From: Mobula hypostoma
Taxonomy: Eukaryota
Direction of reading: 5' to 3'
Length of the DNA stretch: 64,000 nt
Assembly: GCF_963921235.1 (NCBI RefSeq)
Contig: NC_086107.1
Coordinates: 102,798,001-102,862,000, forward strand
Shown: positions 1-11,621 of the stretch, piece by piece
Layout of the letters: the number at the start of each line of letters is the position of its first letter
Numbering within the stretch: position 1 is the stretch's first letter
Notes under the pieces: model-generated
Databases searched by the model: none
What the model was told of the DNA's origin: nothing
The model's input: only the letters and a program-made list of their open reading frames with translations
Translations under genes and position numbers: made by a program

Positions 1-541
1 GAGCTCCTCCAGCATTTTGTGTGTGCTGCTCTGGGGCTTCAGCGTGGGCAAGGCTGCACGGTGTTAAGCAGTCACTTCTGTGGGGTCTGCTTACTTTCAA
101 GAGAAGTTGATTAGATCGCTGAGATTACCTTTCTAAAAGGAATTAATTATTGATTTTAAGTCTGAAAATTGAGGTTTTCAATCTTGTGCTTGCATGTGAC
201 CAGGAGCCAGTGTTGTCACTTTGATCGCCTCGCTGGGCCGCTCAGCCTTGCGGCTTTCAGCTTACACAACACACGGAAAGCTGGAAGAACTCAGTGGGTC
301 AGGCAGCATCTACGGAGGGAAAAGAACAGTCAGCGTTTCGAGTCCATGACCCAAAAGGTTGACCGTCCATTTCTCCCAGTAGATGCTGTCTGACTTGCTG
401 AGTAGCTCCAGTGCTTTGTGTGTAGCTCAAGATTCCTACATCTTGTGCCTCTGGCTTACGGCTTCAATTTTGGGCAGCAGAGGAGAAGATGGTGGCGCGA
501 TGGCAGCGCGCGGCCTCTCTGGTGAATGATATTTGTAATCT

Positions 542-1456
542 CACATCAAAGTTGCTGGTGAAAGCAGCAGGCCAGGCAGCATCTACAAGAAGAGTTTCAG
601 TCGACATTTTGGGCCGAGACCCTTCGTCAGGACTAACTGAAGGAAGAGTTAGTAAGAGATTTGAAAGTGGGAGGGGGAGGGGGAGATCCAAAATGATAGG
701 AGAAGACAGGAGGGGGAGGGATGGAGCCAAGAGTTGGACAGGTGATTGCCAAAGGGGGTATGAGAGGATCATGGGACAGGAGATCCAGGGAGAAAGACGG
801 GGGGGGGCGGGGGAAACAGAGGATGGGCAAGGGGTATAGTCAGAGGGACAGAGGGAGAAAAAGGAGAGTGAGAGAAAGAATGTATGTATAAAAATAAATA
901 ATGGATGGGGTACTAGCGGGAGATGGGGCATTAGCGGAAGTTAGAGAAGTCGATGTTCATGCCATCAGGTTGGAGGCTACCCAGACGGCATATAAGATGT
1001 TGTTCCTCCAACCTGAGTGTGGCTTCATCTTTACAGTAGAGGAGGCCATGGATGGACATATCAGAATGGGAATGGGTCGTGGAATTAAAACGTGTGACCA
1101 CTGGGAGATTCTGCTTTCTTTGGCGGACAGAGCGTAGGTGTTCAGCAAAGCGGTCTCCCAGTCTACGTCGGGACTCGCCAATATATAGAAGGCCACATCC
1201 CCTTTGCCAATCATCTGTCCAACTCTTGGCTCCATCCCTCCCCCTCCTGTCTTCTCCTATCATTTTGGATCTCCCCCTCCCCCTCTCACTTTCAAATCTC
1301 TTACTAACTCTTCCTTCAGTTAGTCCTGACGAAGGGTCTCGGCCTGAAACGTCGACTGAAACTCTTCCAATAGATGTTGCCTGGCCTGCTGCATTTACCA
1401 GCAACTTTGATGTGTGTTGCTTGAATTTCCAGCATCTGCAGAATTCCTGTTGTTAC
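542..1456. mobile_element. Penelope-like insertion with inverted arms
   Basis: GIY-YIG tail (CGLLYIGESRRRLGDRFAEH) plus pLTR on the - strand at 542-~1198, then pLTR on the + strand at ~1199-1456. 14-bp TSD GATATTTGTAATCT at 528-541 and 1457-1470. Confidence 0.9.
1322..1357 (+). ncRNA. Minimal type I hammerhead ribozyme motif
   Basis: agtcCTGACGAagggtctcggcctGAAACGTCgact. Confidence 0.72.
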
Positions 1457-2339
1457 GATATTTGTAATCTGTCAAGTAGGGGACCGTGCACAATTCTGAT
1501 TTGATGGAGACAGATGTGAGAGTACAGAGGAACATCTGGAAAACTTATGAAATGCCCGTTTTGCTGCCGCTGCTACTGGGTGGTGACCAGAATCTCCGGA
1601 GCAGGGGGCCCCGAATCCTCGGCTTTGCTTGTTTCAGCGGCCGGAGCTAGGTCGAAGGTGCTCGGCAGAGAATCGCGCTCGGGAGGCTGTATTGGAGAGG
1701 CTGGTCGGAAGCTCGAAGTTTTCGGACGGATGGACTCAGTGTTGGCTGTGGTCGGCTGCTTCCAAGGCATCGGCAAGTTGACAGTGCCTGGAGGCTTATG
1801 GCAGGGAGTTTCTCCCTTTTGCCGCCTGCTATTAGGGACTTGGGAGTTGATCGACTCAGGGACTTTGAGACTTTTTTTTACCGTGCCCATGGTTTGTTCT
1901 TCATCAAATTATTGTATTGCTTTGCACTGCTGTAACTATATGTTATAATTATGTGGTTCTGTCAGTGTTAGTCTTTGGTTTGTCCTGTTTTCTGTGATAT
2001 CACTCCAGAGAAACATTGTATCATTTTTTAATGCATGTATGCATTTCTAAATGACAATAAAAGAGGTCTGAGTGTTCTCATAATCTAGTACAGTTATGTG
2101 TTTCACCGAAACTTGTATATTTGGCTTGTGTTCATCAAGTGTTGCTCCTTAGTTGACAAACTACATTCCGATCCATCGGCAAACAGTCTTCGCTCTCTTA
2201 GGACGTAGAAATCTACAGCACATTACCTTGTAATCTACGGTGGTGGTTTCCTTAAGGGCTGATGTCTTTGGGAGAGGAAGGGAGAGCAATGATAATTAGG
2301 GGGATAGTAAATTGTTAGCTTCAGATCCATTTATATATT

Positions 2340-2846
2340 AGATTAGATTCAACTTTATTGTCATTGTGCCGAGTACAGATACAAAGCCAATGAAATGTAG
2401 TTAGCATCTGACCAGAAATGCAAAGAATAGTGTTATTTACAAAATAACTGCGAATAAAAAAAGTGCTACAGCACACAAATATAAAAGTACTGAGACAGTA
2501 CAACATGGGTGCAATACTGCTTAGCGCCGTGATGAGAGGTTCAGCAGGGTCACAGCCTCAGGGAAGAGGCTCTTCCTGTGCCTGCTGGTGCGGGAGCGGA
2601 GGCTCCTGTAGCACCTACCGGATGGGAGGAGAGTAAAAAGTCCATGGTTAGGGTGAGATGCGTCCTTGATAATGCTTTTCACCCTGCCCAGGCAGTGTTT
2701 ATGGTAGATGTTCTCAATGGTGGGCAATTGGGTGCCGATAATCCGCTGGGCAGTTTTCACCACACGCTGGAGTGCTTTGCGGTCTGCTACGGGACAATTG
2801 CCATACCACACCGAGATGCAGTTGGTGAGTATGCTCTCAATGGTAC
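2340..2846 (-). mobile_element. Rex1/Babar-type LINE 3' end
   Basis: TIESILTNCISVWYGNC..RKALQRVVKTAQRIIG..SIIKDASHP..LLPSGR..SLFPEAV; AATAAA and (TCTAA)n tail on the - strand. Confidence 0.85.
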
Positions 2847-3630
2847 GGGACAATTGCCATACCACACCGAGATGCAGTTGGTGAGTATGCTCTCAATGGT
2901 ACGGGACAATTGCCATACCACACCGAGATGCAGTTGGTGAGTATGCTCTCAATGGTACGGGACAATTGCCATACCACACCGAGATGCAGTTGGTGAGTAT
3001 GCTCTCAATGGTACGGGACAATTGCCATACCACACCGAGATGCAGTTGGTGAGTATGCTCTCAATGGTACGGGACAATTGCCATACCACACCGAGATGCA
3101 GTTGGTGAGTATGCTCTCAATGGTACGGGACAATTGCCATACCACACCGAGATGCAGTTGGTGAGTATGCTCTCAATGGTACGGGACAATTGCCATACCA
3201 CACCGAGATGCAGTTGGTGAGTGTGCTCTCAATGGTACGGGACAATTACCATACCACACCGAGATGCAGTTGGTGAGTGTGCTCTCAATGGTACGGGACA
3301 ATTGCCATACCACACCGAGATGCAGTTGGTGAGTATGCTCTCAATGGTACGGGACAATTGCCATACCACACCGAGATGCAGTTGGTGAGTGTGCTCTCAA
3401 TGGTACGGGACAATTGCCATACCACACCGAGATGCAGTTGGTGAGTGTGCTCTCAATGGTACGGGACAATTGCCATACCACACCGAGATGCAGTTGGTGA
3501 GTGTGCTCTCAATGGTACGGGACAATTACCATACCACACCGAGATGCAGTTGGTGAGTGTGCTCTCAATGGTACGGGACAATTACCATACCACACCGAGA
3601 TGCAGTTGGTGAGTGTGCTCTCAATGGTAC
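2791..3630. repeat. Tandem array, 15 x 56 bp
   Basis: Unit gggacaattgccataccacaccgagatgcagttggtgagtatgctctcaatggtac; 840 bp = 15 units; only two variable positions seen. Confidence 0.97.
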
Positions 3631-4433
3631 AGCGTACCATTGTATATATCACAATGTACATAGAAATGCGTCGTTTGCATTAACAAATCAGCTCAAACTA
3701 AGGTTGTGCAGGGGGCAAGTGTCTCCACGCATTCTGGCGCCAATAGAGCATAACCACAATGCTCGGCAGAACAACCCAGAGCACAGCAAGCAATGGAACA
3801 CAACAACAACAGCAAAACAAGCCCCTTCCCTCTCTCCCACACATCCACATAGACAGACCTCCAACCCGAGGATAGGCCTCCAGCAGACACAGGGACAACT
3901 GGCCTCGACGTCCCCAGTGGACTTCAGATTAGTAGACCCAAGACTTTGGCCTCTGGGCTTCAAACCCAGGACTTACTGGTGACGGGACCTTGACCTCCTG
4001 GCCATGAGTTCCAGCTTATATGATCTCTAATAAAAAAACTTCAATTCTGTGAATGTAAATAAATAAAATCAGAATATGCTGCAAAAAGCCAGTGGGTTAG
4101 GCAGCATCTGAGAAATAGAGTTAATCTTTTAAATCCAAGATCCTTTGTCAAAAACTTTTCTGAAATGGAGTAATTCTCCCTAAGGACTAATGACATCATG
4201 TTGTAACTTATATATATAGCTGGCATGCCTAAGACTTTTGCACTGTTCTGCTGCCACAAAAAGAAACAAATTTCATGACATATGTGAGTGATGATAAACC
4301 TGCCACCACTCGCCCCGGCACTCCTTCTCTGCCTCCTGTCCCACACCCCTCCCGTGGTGCTCCACGCTCACCGTTCCTAACATCCTTTGCTTCCGCCAGA
4401 TTTACAAACTCACTCCCCGCTCCATGTTGACAA

Positions 4434-4506
4434 ATACGCTACTGTGCAAAAGTCTTAGGCACCCGGGCTATATACAATGTGCTTAAGACTTTTGCACTGT
4501 ACTGTA
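4434..4506. mobile_element. Tiny Tc1/mariner-type MITE (hairpin)
   Basis: tactgtgcaaaagtcttaggcac ... gtgcttaagacttttgcactgtactgta with TA ends; a half copy lies at ~4226-4250. Confidence 0.6.
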
Positions 4507-5873
4507 CATACATAAAAGTGTCAGATATTAAGCCAATCATCTTGTTCCCAAGGTTGAGGTATGAAGAACTAGCAGGCATAGGTTTAAGATGTGAGGAGAA
4601 AGATTTAAAAGGAACCCGAAAGGCAACTTTTTCACTCAGAGAGTGGTCTGCATGTAGAATGGGCTTCCAGAAGAAGTGGCTTAGGCAGAGACATGAGCAA
4701 CATTTCAAAGGTACTTGGGTAGGTATGCATTGTAGATAGGAAAGGTTTAGAGGGATAGGGGGCAAACACAGTCAAATGGGGCTAGCTGAGGCAGGAAGCT
4801 TGGACCACTTGGTCTGAAGTTTCTGTGCTAAGTGACTCTCTGACTCTACGACTCCATGTTGTGACTTACAAAGTCCTGCTGCATTGAATCCACTTTGGTT
4901 GACTAGTGGAAGTACCAGTTAATCAGCATTCCTACTGATTTCGGGTGGTAGGATGGTGATACGTCTCTACCAAAGGAGGTGCAAGGCGCCCCTTCCCTCG
5001 CTAGCCTGCAGGTCACTCTTGGGCAAGGTGTAGCACCTGCTTAGCACCCCCTCCTCCCGATCAGGGTCACGTGAAACCATGGGAGCTGGTGGTGAATGGT
5101 GGTATGAGCAGCTGGTGCATGTCAAGTCCTGGCTATGCGACCACTGACGCCAGGCAGACAATCTCTGAAGGATATTGATAATGGCTGGGGTCAGCCGTCT
5201 TTTTATTGAGATACAGTGTGGAATAGGCCCTTTCCAGCCCTTCGAGCCACGCTGCCCAGCAACCCACCTATTGAATCCTAGCCTAATCATGGGACAATTC
5301 ACAATGACCCGTTTACCTGCAAACCGGCACTTCTTTGGACTTTGGGAGGAAACCAGAGCACCCGAAGGAAACCCATGTAATCACAGGGAGAACGTACAAG
5401 CTTCTTACAGGCAGGGGCAGGAATTGAACCCTGGTCGCCTGTACTATAAAGCGGTGTGCTAACCACTACACTATCGTACCGCCCTATCATGTAAAGACAG
5501 TGCCCAGAAGAAGGCAGTGTCAAACCACTTCTGTAGAAAAATTTGCCTCAAAAAAGTCATGGTTATGGAAAGGCCATGATCACCTATGTCATGCAACACA
5601 GCACATAATGAACGAGCGAACGAATTGATTTTCATCATGTGTCTGTGACACGTGAAGGCAGCGGTCAGCTGGTCCTCAGGTGGACAAAGGGCTTGTCCAG
5701 CTTACCCATGAAGAATGGGCTACTGGGCAAGGTGTGTTTCACAAGAAAGGAGCAAGACTGACAATGTAAAATTCAGCTGTTAATAAGCTTCCTCTTCCCA
5801 AGAACAGATGTGTATTTGTTTTTATTTTTTAACTACAAAGCCAAAGTAAAAAGCTTCTCATTAAATTTTACAG

Positions 5874-6158
5874 AGAAAGACGAGGAAAAAGAGAAGAACG
5901 TAGACGAAGCAGCCAGCAGCACCATGGCAGCATCTGCCTCCCTCATGCCAACCATCTGGGACAAGACGATTCCATACGACGGGGAGACCTTCCACCTTGA
6001 GTACATGGACCTGGATGACTTCCTGTTGGAAAACGGAATTGCAGGTAGCCCGAGCCACCTCGGCCTGCAGGACGCTCTGGAAAGTAGCCTCTTGCCAGTG
6101 GAGGAGCTGGAGAAGAAGGAGCTGGCTCCTACCCTGTACTCAACGGTGAATTGTGATG
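5874..6158 (+). CDS. TEF: TEF (thyrotroph embryonic factor, PAR-bZIP), internal coding exon (exon 2 equivalent)
   Basis: Encodes ..[48 protein letters not shown].., the PAR-bZIP activation domain with TEF-type residues. Acceptor ttttacag|AG (phase 1); donor G|gtgggc at 6159 (phase 1) joins in frame to the next exon. Confidence 0.92.
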
Positions 6159-7619
6159 GTGGGCCCTGAGCGCTTTATTTCAAATGTTTAGATGGATTGT
6201 TGTACCTCCTGAGGCGTGGGTTCAAGTTAAGGCCAGACCAATGGGAAGGCAGCCTCGATTGTAATGCCCCAAAGTGCAATCTAGTACACACGGGGAATAT
6301 AGTAGTGCTAACCAGCAAGTTCTCCTGCTTATTGGATGCTATCTTTAATATACAGACACACTTTAATTTTGATGAGTTTAAAGGGAGTGGGAGATGCACA
6401 ACACACCCAGCCATATTCCTGAACCCAGGTTTTCCAGGCCCCCTGCTCTGGCCACACTCTCTGGACCACTGGCTCATGTTCCGAACGAAGAGCGAGCGGA
6501 CGCCAGGATTTCCGAACAATCAGATGCCAGATTGTCGGGGTGCATTTCCCCCTGGTATGCCTGGGGACCTAAAGGGCACACTGCAGAATACCTTGCTCGT
6601 ACTGGGCATTGCTCTGCGATGGCAAAGAGGTCAGGCTGGCGTTAACAGTGGGCCCCTTTTGATTGAATTTCTGTGGAATTCGTTGGCACTGGAGGCTAAA
6701 TCACAGAGCTACATCATGAAACAGGCTCTGCAGGCTAACCATCGACCTCTCATCCTACATTCATTCCATATTTTATCCTCCCCTCTTTCTTGACAACTCC
6801 TCCCAGGTTCCTCCTCTCACCCACACACTAGGGGCAACTTACAGTGGCCCATAACCTACCTACCCACCCGTCTTTGGGATGTGGGAGAAAACCGAAGCCG
6901 CCAAAGAAAACCCACATGGTTTTGGGGAAAATGTGCAGACAGCACCCGAGGTCAGGATTGAACCCAGCTCTCTGGCGCCAGTAGCTGCGTTACTGTCCCT
7001 TTCTTTATGTTCTCCCTGTCACCCTCCCGTCAGTTAGATCTTACATTGTCTCTTTCTTTTCCATACTGACGGTAACTTCCACGCCCTTGTTTCCAATTTA
7101 GATAGAGATCGGTTTCACTTGAGAACGTTGCAAACCAACAAAAACTGTTCCAAAATCCGGGGATACCATAAATGAGTATTAAGCCGGCCGGTGGTGTAGT
7201 ACCATCCACACCAGACTTCAAGGCGAGAGGTCCCAGGTTTGAATCTGGCCAGATCCCCCTGCACGCTTTTCATCCATGCTGGGCTGAGCGTCAAGCTAGG
7301 AATTCAGCCTCGTAAAAAACACAAATGTTAAAGAAATGGGCAGGTTGCCACCTGATGCACCACAGGGTGTGGAGAGGAACGACAAATAACTGAGGAATAA
7401 CAGTTCAGTCAGTTCAATCTTGTGAAGTACATGAAAACGCATTGATGTTATGATTAGTTATTCATTAGTAATGTTCTCTGTACAAGTGTTCTGGAGTGTA
7501 AGACCAGCCCATTGCTCCAGAGAATCATAAGCAGTCTGTTTATAATCATTCCTTTTGTATTAACTTGTAAAGATTTGAAAGGGAGATTTTATATAATCCA
7601 ATCCTACACTACATTCTAG

Positions 7620-7843
7620 ATTCTGATGGAAGCCAATCTGAGCGTACGTCTCCAAGCCCAGTCGACCCAGAGGCGATCGATGTGTTGGTGAACTTTGAAC
7701 CAGACCCTACCGACTTGGTCTTGTCTAGTGTCCCCGGGGGAGAGTTGTTCGATCCCCGTAAGCACAAGTTTTCTGAAGAAGAACTCAAACCACAGCCTAT
7801 GATTAAAAAAGCGAAGAAGATCTACGTCCCCCCTGATCAAAAG
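7620..7843 (+). CDS. TEF: TEF coding exon 3 (PAR domain)
   Basis: Acceptor ttctag|AT. Encodes [74 protein letters not shown]. Donor AAG|gtatct (phase 0). Confidence 0.95.
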
Positions 7844-8543
7844 GTATCTGTGCAATGTCCTCAGCTGTGGCTTTGCAACACTATAGGCTTGGAGCTGGTT
7901 GTGTTTCACACGTAGTGTGCGGATTTCCTGAGGTTAAAGCACTCGAAGTTGTATTAAACCAAGCAGAGCAGTGTGCTCTTTCTGCGGGGAAGTATGTACA
8001 ATGTGGGTTAGCAGAGGCATGACTGCATGGTCTCTGTCTCTCTCAGTATGTTGCTGTCGAATAATTAGGTAGGTCTACACACTGAGGATCAGGTGAAGTT
8101 TCAACTTTTTATTACAAATGCACCTCGGTCACTACAGGCTAACTGGGCGAGGCTGGACAGCAAGAGCCTGTAGAAACAGTTTCACTGAAGGAATGTGTGA
8201 CTCTCAGAGGGGTGGGGGGGAACGGTTTCGCTGTAGAAGCAGTGCTGGTGGGTAAAGAAAAGGATCCAGCATGTACTGTATGACCTGCTGAAATTTTTGA
8301 TGAAGAGCAGGAGGCTGAAAACTTCACTGACGAGTCTTTTACTGAGGTCGTCACACCCAGAGCGGAGCCTTCAGGTAGAAGATGGGTGACCACCAGGAGA
8401 AGTAAGAGAAATCAGAATCGGGTTTATTATCACCGGTCCGTGTTGTGAAATTTGTTAACTTAGCAGCAGCAGCAATTCAATGCAATATGTAATATAGAAG
8501 AGAGGGGGAGAAAAGTAAAAATAAATAAATAAGTATATCAATT

Positions 8544-8699
8544 CCAACATGAAGAAATCTGCAGATGCTGGAAATTCAAGCAACACACACAAAATGCTGG
8601 TAGAACACAGCAGGCCAGGCAGCATCTGTAGGAAAAGGTACGGTTGACGTTTTGGGCCGAGACCCTTCGTCAGGACTAACTAAAAGAAGAGATAGTAAG
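8544..8699 (-). mobile_element. Miniature Penelope-pLTR insertion in TEF intron 3
   Basis: pLTR 3' sequence on the - strand. 12-bp TSD AGTATATCAATT at 8532-8543 and 8700-8711. Confidence 0.82.
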
Positions 8700-9214
8700 A
8701 GTATATCAATTACAGTCTTTGTATATTGAATAGATCAAAAATCGTGCAAAAACAGAAATAATATATATTAAAAAAGTGACGTAGTGTTCACGGGATCAAT
8801 GTCCATTTAGGAATCGGATGGCAGAGGGGAAGAAGCTGTTCCTGAATCACTGAGTGTGTGCCTTCAGGCTTCTGTATCTCCCACCTGATGGTAACAGTGA
8901 GAAAAGGGCATGTCCTGGGTGCTGAGGGTCCTTAATAATGGACGCTGCCTTTCTGAGACGCCGCTCCTTGAAGATGTCCTGGGTACTTCGTAGGTTAGTA
9001 CCCAAGATGGAGCCAACTAAATCTACAACCCTCTGCAGCTTCTTTCAGTCCTGTGCAGTAGCCCCTCCATACCAGACAATGATCCAGCCTGTCAGGATGC
9101 TCTCCACAGTACATCTGTAGAAGTTTTGGAGTGTATTTGTTGACATACTAAATCTCTTCAAACTCCTAATGAAGTATAGTCACTGTCCTGCCTTCTTTAT
9201 AGCTGCATCAGTCA

Positions 9215-10140
9215 GCAGTCAGTGAAGGTTTTCCCTGTGGCTATTGCCCTCAACAACAAGTATACCCCTTTTGATACTGCTAGGGGTGTGGAATGACCTG
9301 TCAGGGCACAGCGGCAGCACTGCGGCTGGCTCTGCGGCTCAGCGGAGGAGGGTGAAGTCAGGCAGAGTGGTAGTGATAGGAGGCTTGACAGTTAGAGGGA
9401 TGGACAGGAGTTTCTGGGGGCGCAAAAGAGATGGCAGGATGGAGGGTTGCTTCGCAGGTGCTAGGGTCCAGGATGTCTCAGAGCGGCTGCAGAAGATTCC
9501 CAAGAGGGAGGGTGAGCAGCCGAAGTCTGCGGTGCACGTTGGCACCATGACATAGGTAGAAAAGGGGGACAAGGTCCTGTACAGTGAGTATAGGGAGAGA
9601 GGGAAGAGGCCGGAGAACAGGACCTCCAAGGTAGTAGTCTCAGTGTCATGTGCTAGTCAAGTCAGGAAGAAGATGATAGTACAGGTGAATGAGTGGCTGA
9701 GGGAGTGGTGCAGGGGGCAGGGTTTCAGATTTCTGGGTCACTGGGATCTCTTCTCGGGAAGGCATGACCTGTACAAAAATGTCAGGTTACCCGAGAGGAA
9801 ACCAATATCCTTGTGGCAGGTTTGCCAGAGCTGTAGGGGAGGGGTTAAATAAAGTTGGCAGGGGAATGGGAACTACAGTGATCAAGGTGAGGATGGGACA
9901 GTTGGTATACAAGTCGATGCAGTCTACAGTGAGACTGTGAGGAAGGACAGGCAGATTATAGGGTAAAATCACAGTTATTGGGATGAGTTGAAGTGTAACA
10001 TGAGACAAAATCGAAAAGAGTGATGAATACCTGTATAGGGCTGAAGGTGCCATATTTGAACACACGCAGTATATGGAATAAGATAAATGATTCTGTAGCA
10101 CAGTTAGAGATTAGCAGGTATGACGTAGTGGGCATCTTGG
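9215..10140 (+). mobile_element. Decayed CR1 ORF1 (SGNH esterase-like) and ORF2 start
   Basis: VVVIGGLTVRGMDRSF..CFAGARVQDVSERL..VHVGT and VNEWLREWCRGQGFRFLGHWDLF. Confidence 0.75.
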
Positions 10141-11405
10141 CCCTTCAGCCTACCAACTCTCTGCTAACTAGAGGACCGGAGGGCACAGCCTCAGAATAGA
10201 ACAGAGATGAGGAGAAATTTCTTCAGCCAGAAGATGGTGAATCTGTGGAATTCATTGCCATGGGCAACTGTGGAGGCCAAGTCATTGAGTATATTTAAAG
10301 CAGAAGTTGATAAATTCTTAGTTATTTAGATTGTCAAAGGTTACAGGGAGAATGCAGGAGAACGGGGTTGACAGGATTAATAAATCAGCCAGGATGGAAT
10401 GGCAGAGCAGACTCGATAAGCCGAATGGACTAATTCTGATCCTGTCTTGTGGTCTTATTTCTTACCTTAGTCGTGTCTAAAAAGGATCTTGCACTTCACT
10501 AAATTCTTTTTCTCCACCATTGATAACAATGTTTAGATTGTAACCTTTCAAATTCACCCTCTAAACCCTCCACCTTTGGGTGTCTTGTTTCCAAGCAGGT
10601 TCTTGTTCCTGATTTAGTAGCTTGTGTACACTGCCTCTACAACCCCACTGCCCTTCTCCCTCCTGTGACCCGGCTGCTGGTGTGGACTTGTACTCCTTTG
10701 TGTTTCTTTACTAACCTTGGTCAGCAACTAATAAATGTAGAACATAGAATGTAGAATTTTACAGCACAGTACAGGCCCCTAGGCCCACAATGTTGTGTTA
10801 ACCTTTTAACCAATTCTAAAATCAATCTAACCCTTCCCTCCTACATAGCCCTCCATTTTCCTATCATCCATATGCCTATCCAAGAGTTTCTTAAATGCCC
10901 CTAATGTACCTGCCTGTACCTTCAGCCCTGGTAAGCATTCCACGCACTCACCAACCTCTGTGTAAAAAAAAAACTTACCTCTGACATCCCCTCTATTCTT
11001 TCCTCCAACCACCTTAAAATTACACCCCCCGCCCCCGTATTAGCCATTTCTGCCCTGGGAAAAAAATCCCTGGTTATTTATGAGCTATCCCGCTGCTGCC
11101 TGTAGGAAGTTTGCACGTTCTTCTCGTGACTGTGTGGGTTTCCTCCAGGTGCTCCAGTTTCCTCCCACAGTCCCAAAGGCTGTTAGTGGGTGAACTGGTT
11201 ATTGCAAATTGTCCAGTGATTAGGCTGGGGGATTACTGAGTAGCATGACTGGAGAGGCCTATTCCGTGCTGTATCTCAATCAATCAATCAATCAATCAAT
11301 AATTAAATAAATGAGGAAGGAGAAAGTTAAACAAACTCCCAAAAATGTCCCAGGACGGAGTTTCCTAGTAACCACCTCAATGTCCTTTATCGTTGTTGCT
11401 TTAAG

Positions 11406-11621
11406 GATGACCGGTACTGGACAAGACGCAAGAAGAACAATCTGGCAGCCAAGCGCTCCCGGGACGCCCGGAGACTGAAGGAGAACCAGATCACGGTACG
11501 GGCGGCCTTCCTGGAGAGGGAGAACTCGGCCCTGAGGCTGGAGGTGGCCGAGCTACGCAAGGAGGTGGGACGCTACAAGAACATCATCTCCAAGTATAAA
11601 GCCAAATATGGAACTTTGTAA
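11406..11621 (+). CDS. TEF: TEF last coding exon (basic region and leucine zipper, stop)
   Basis: Acceptor ttgctttaag|GAT. My translation is [71 protein letters not shown], with TAA at 11619-11621. Absent from the ORF track because it has no start codon. Confidence 0.96.
   Translation, partial: DDRYWTRRKKNNLAAKRSRDARRLKENQITVRAAFLERENSALRLEVAELRKEVGRYKNIISKYKAKYGTL

Noticed and set aside
2791..3630. CRISPR-like regular array
   Set aside because: Units are head-to-tail with no unique spacers, the unit is LINE coding sequence, the context is eukaryotic and there are no cas genes.
5810..5873. N-terminal part of ORF 5810-6169 as the TEF start
   Set aside because: It begins at GTG in AT-rich intron sequence. 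TEF similarity starts at the cag| acceptor, and exon 1 was not found in the window.
6146..6151. Alternative donor ACG|gtgaat in TEF exon 2
   Set aside because: It is phase 0 and would frameshift exon 3; the phase-1 donor at 6159 keeps the frame.
6197..6793. 198-aa ORF in TEF intron 2
   Set aside because: TTG start, no recognisable domain, and it includes CR1-like and MITE-like fragments.
7183..7260. tRNA gene (also ~12996-13070 and the V-SINE heads)
   Set aside because: A/B-box-like heads run into shared SINE bodies and do not form a clean cloverleaf; these are tRNA-derived SINEs.
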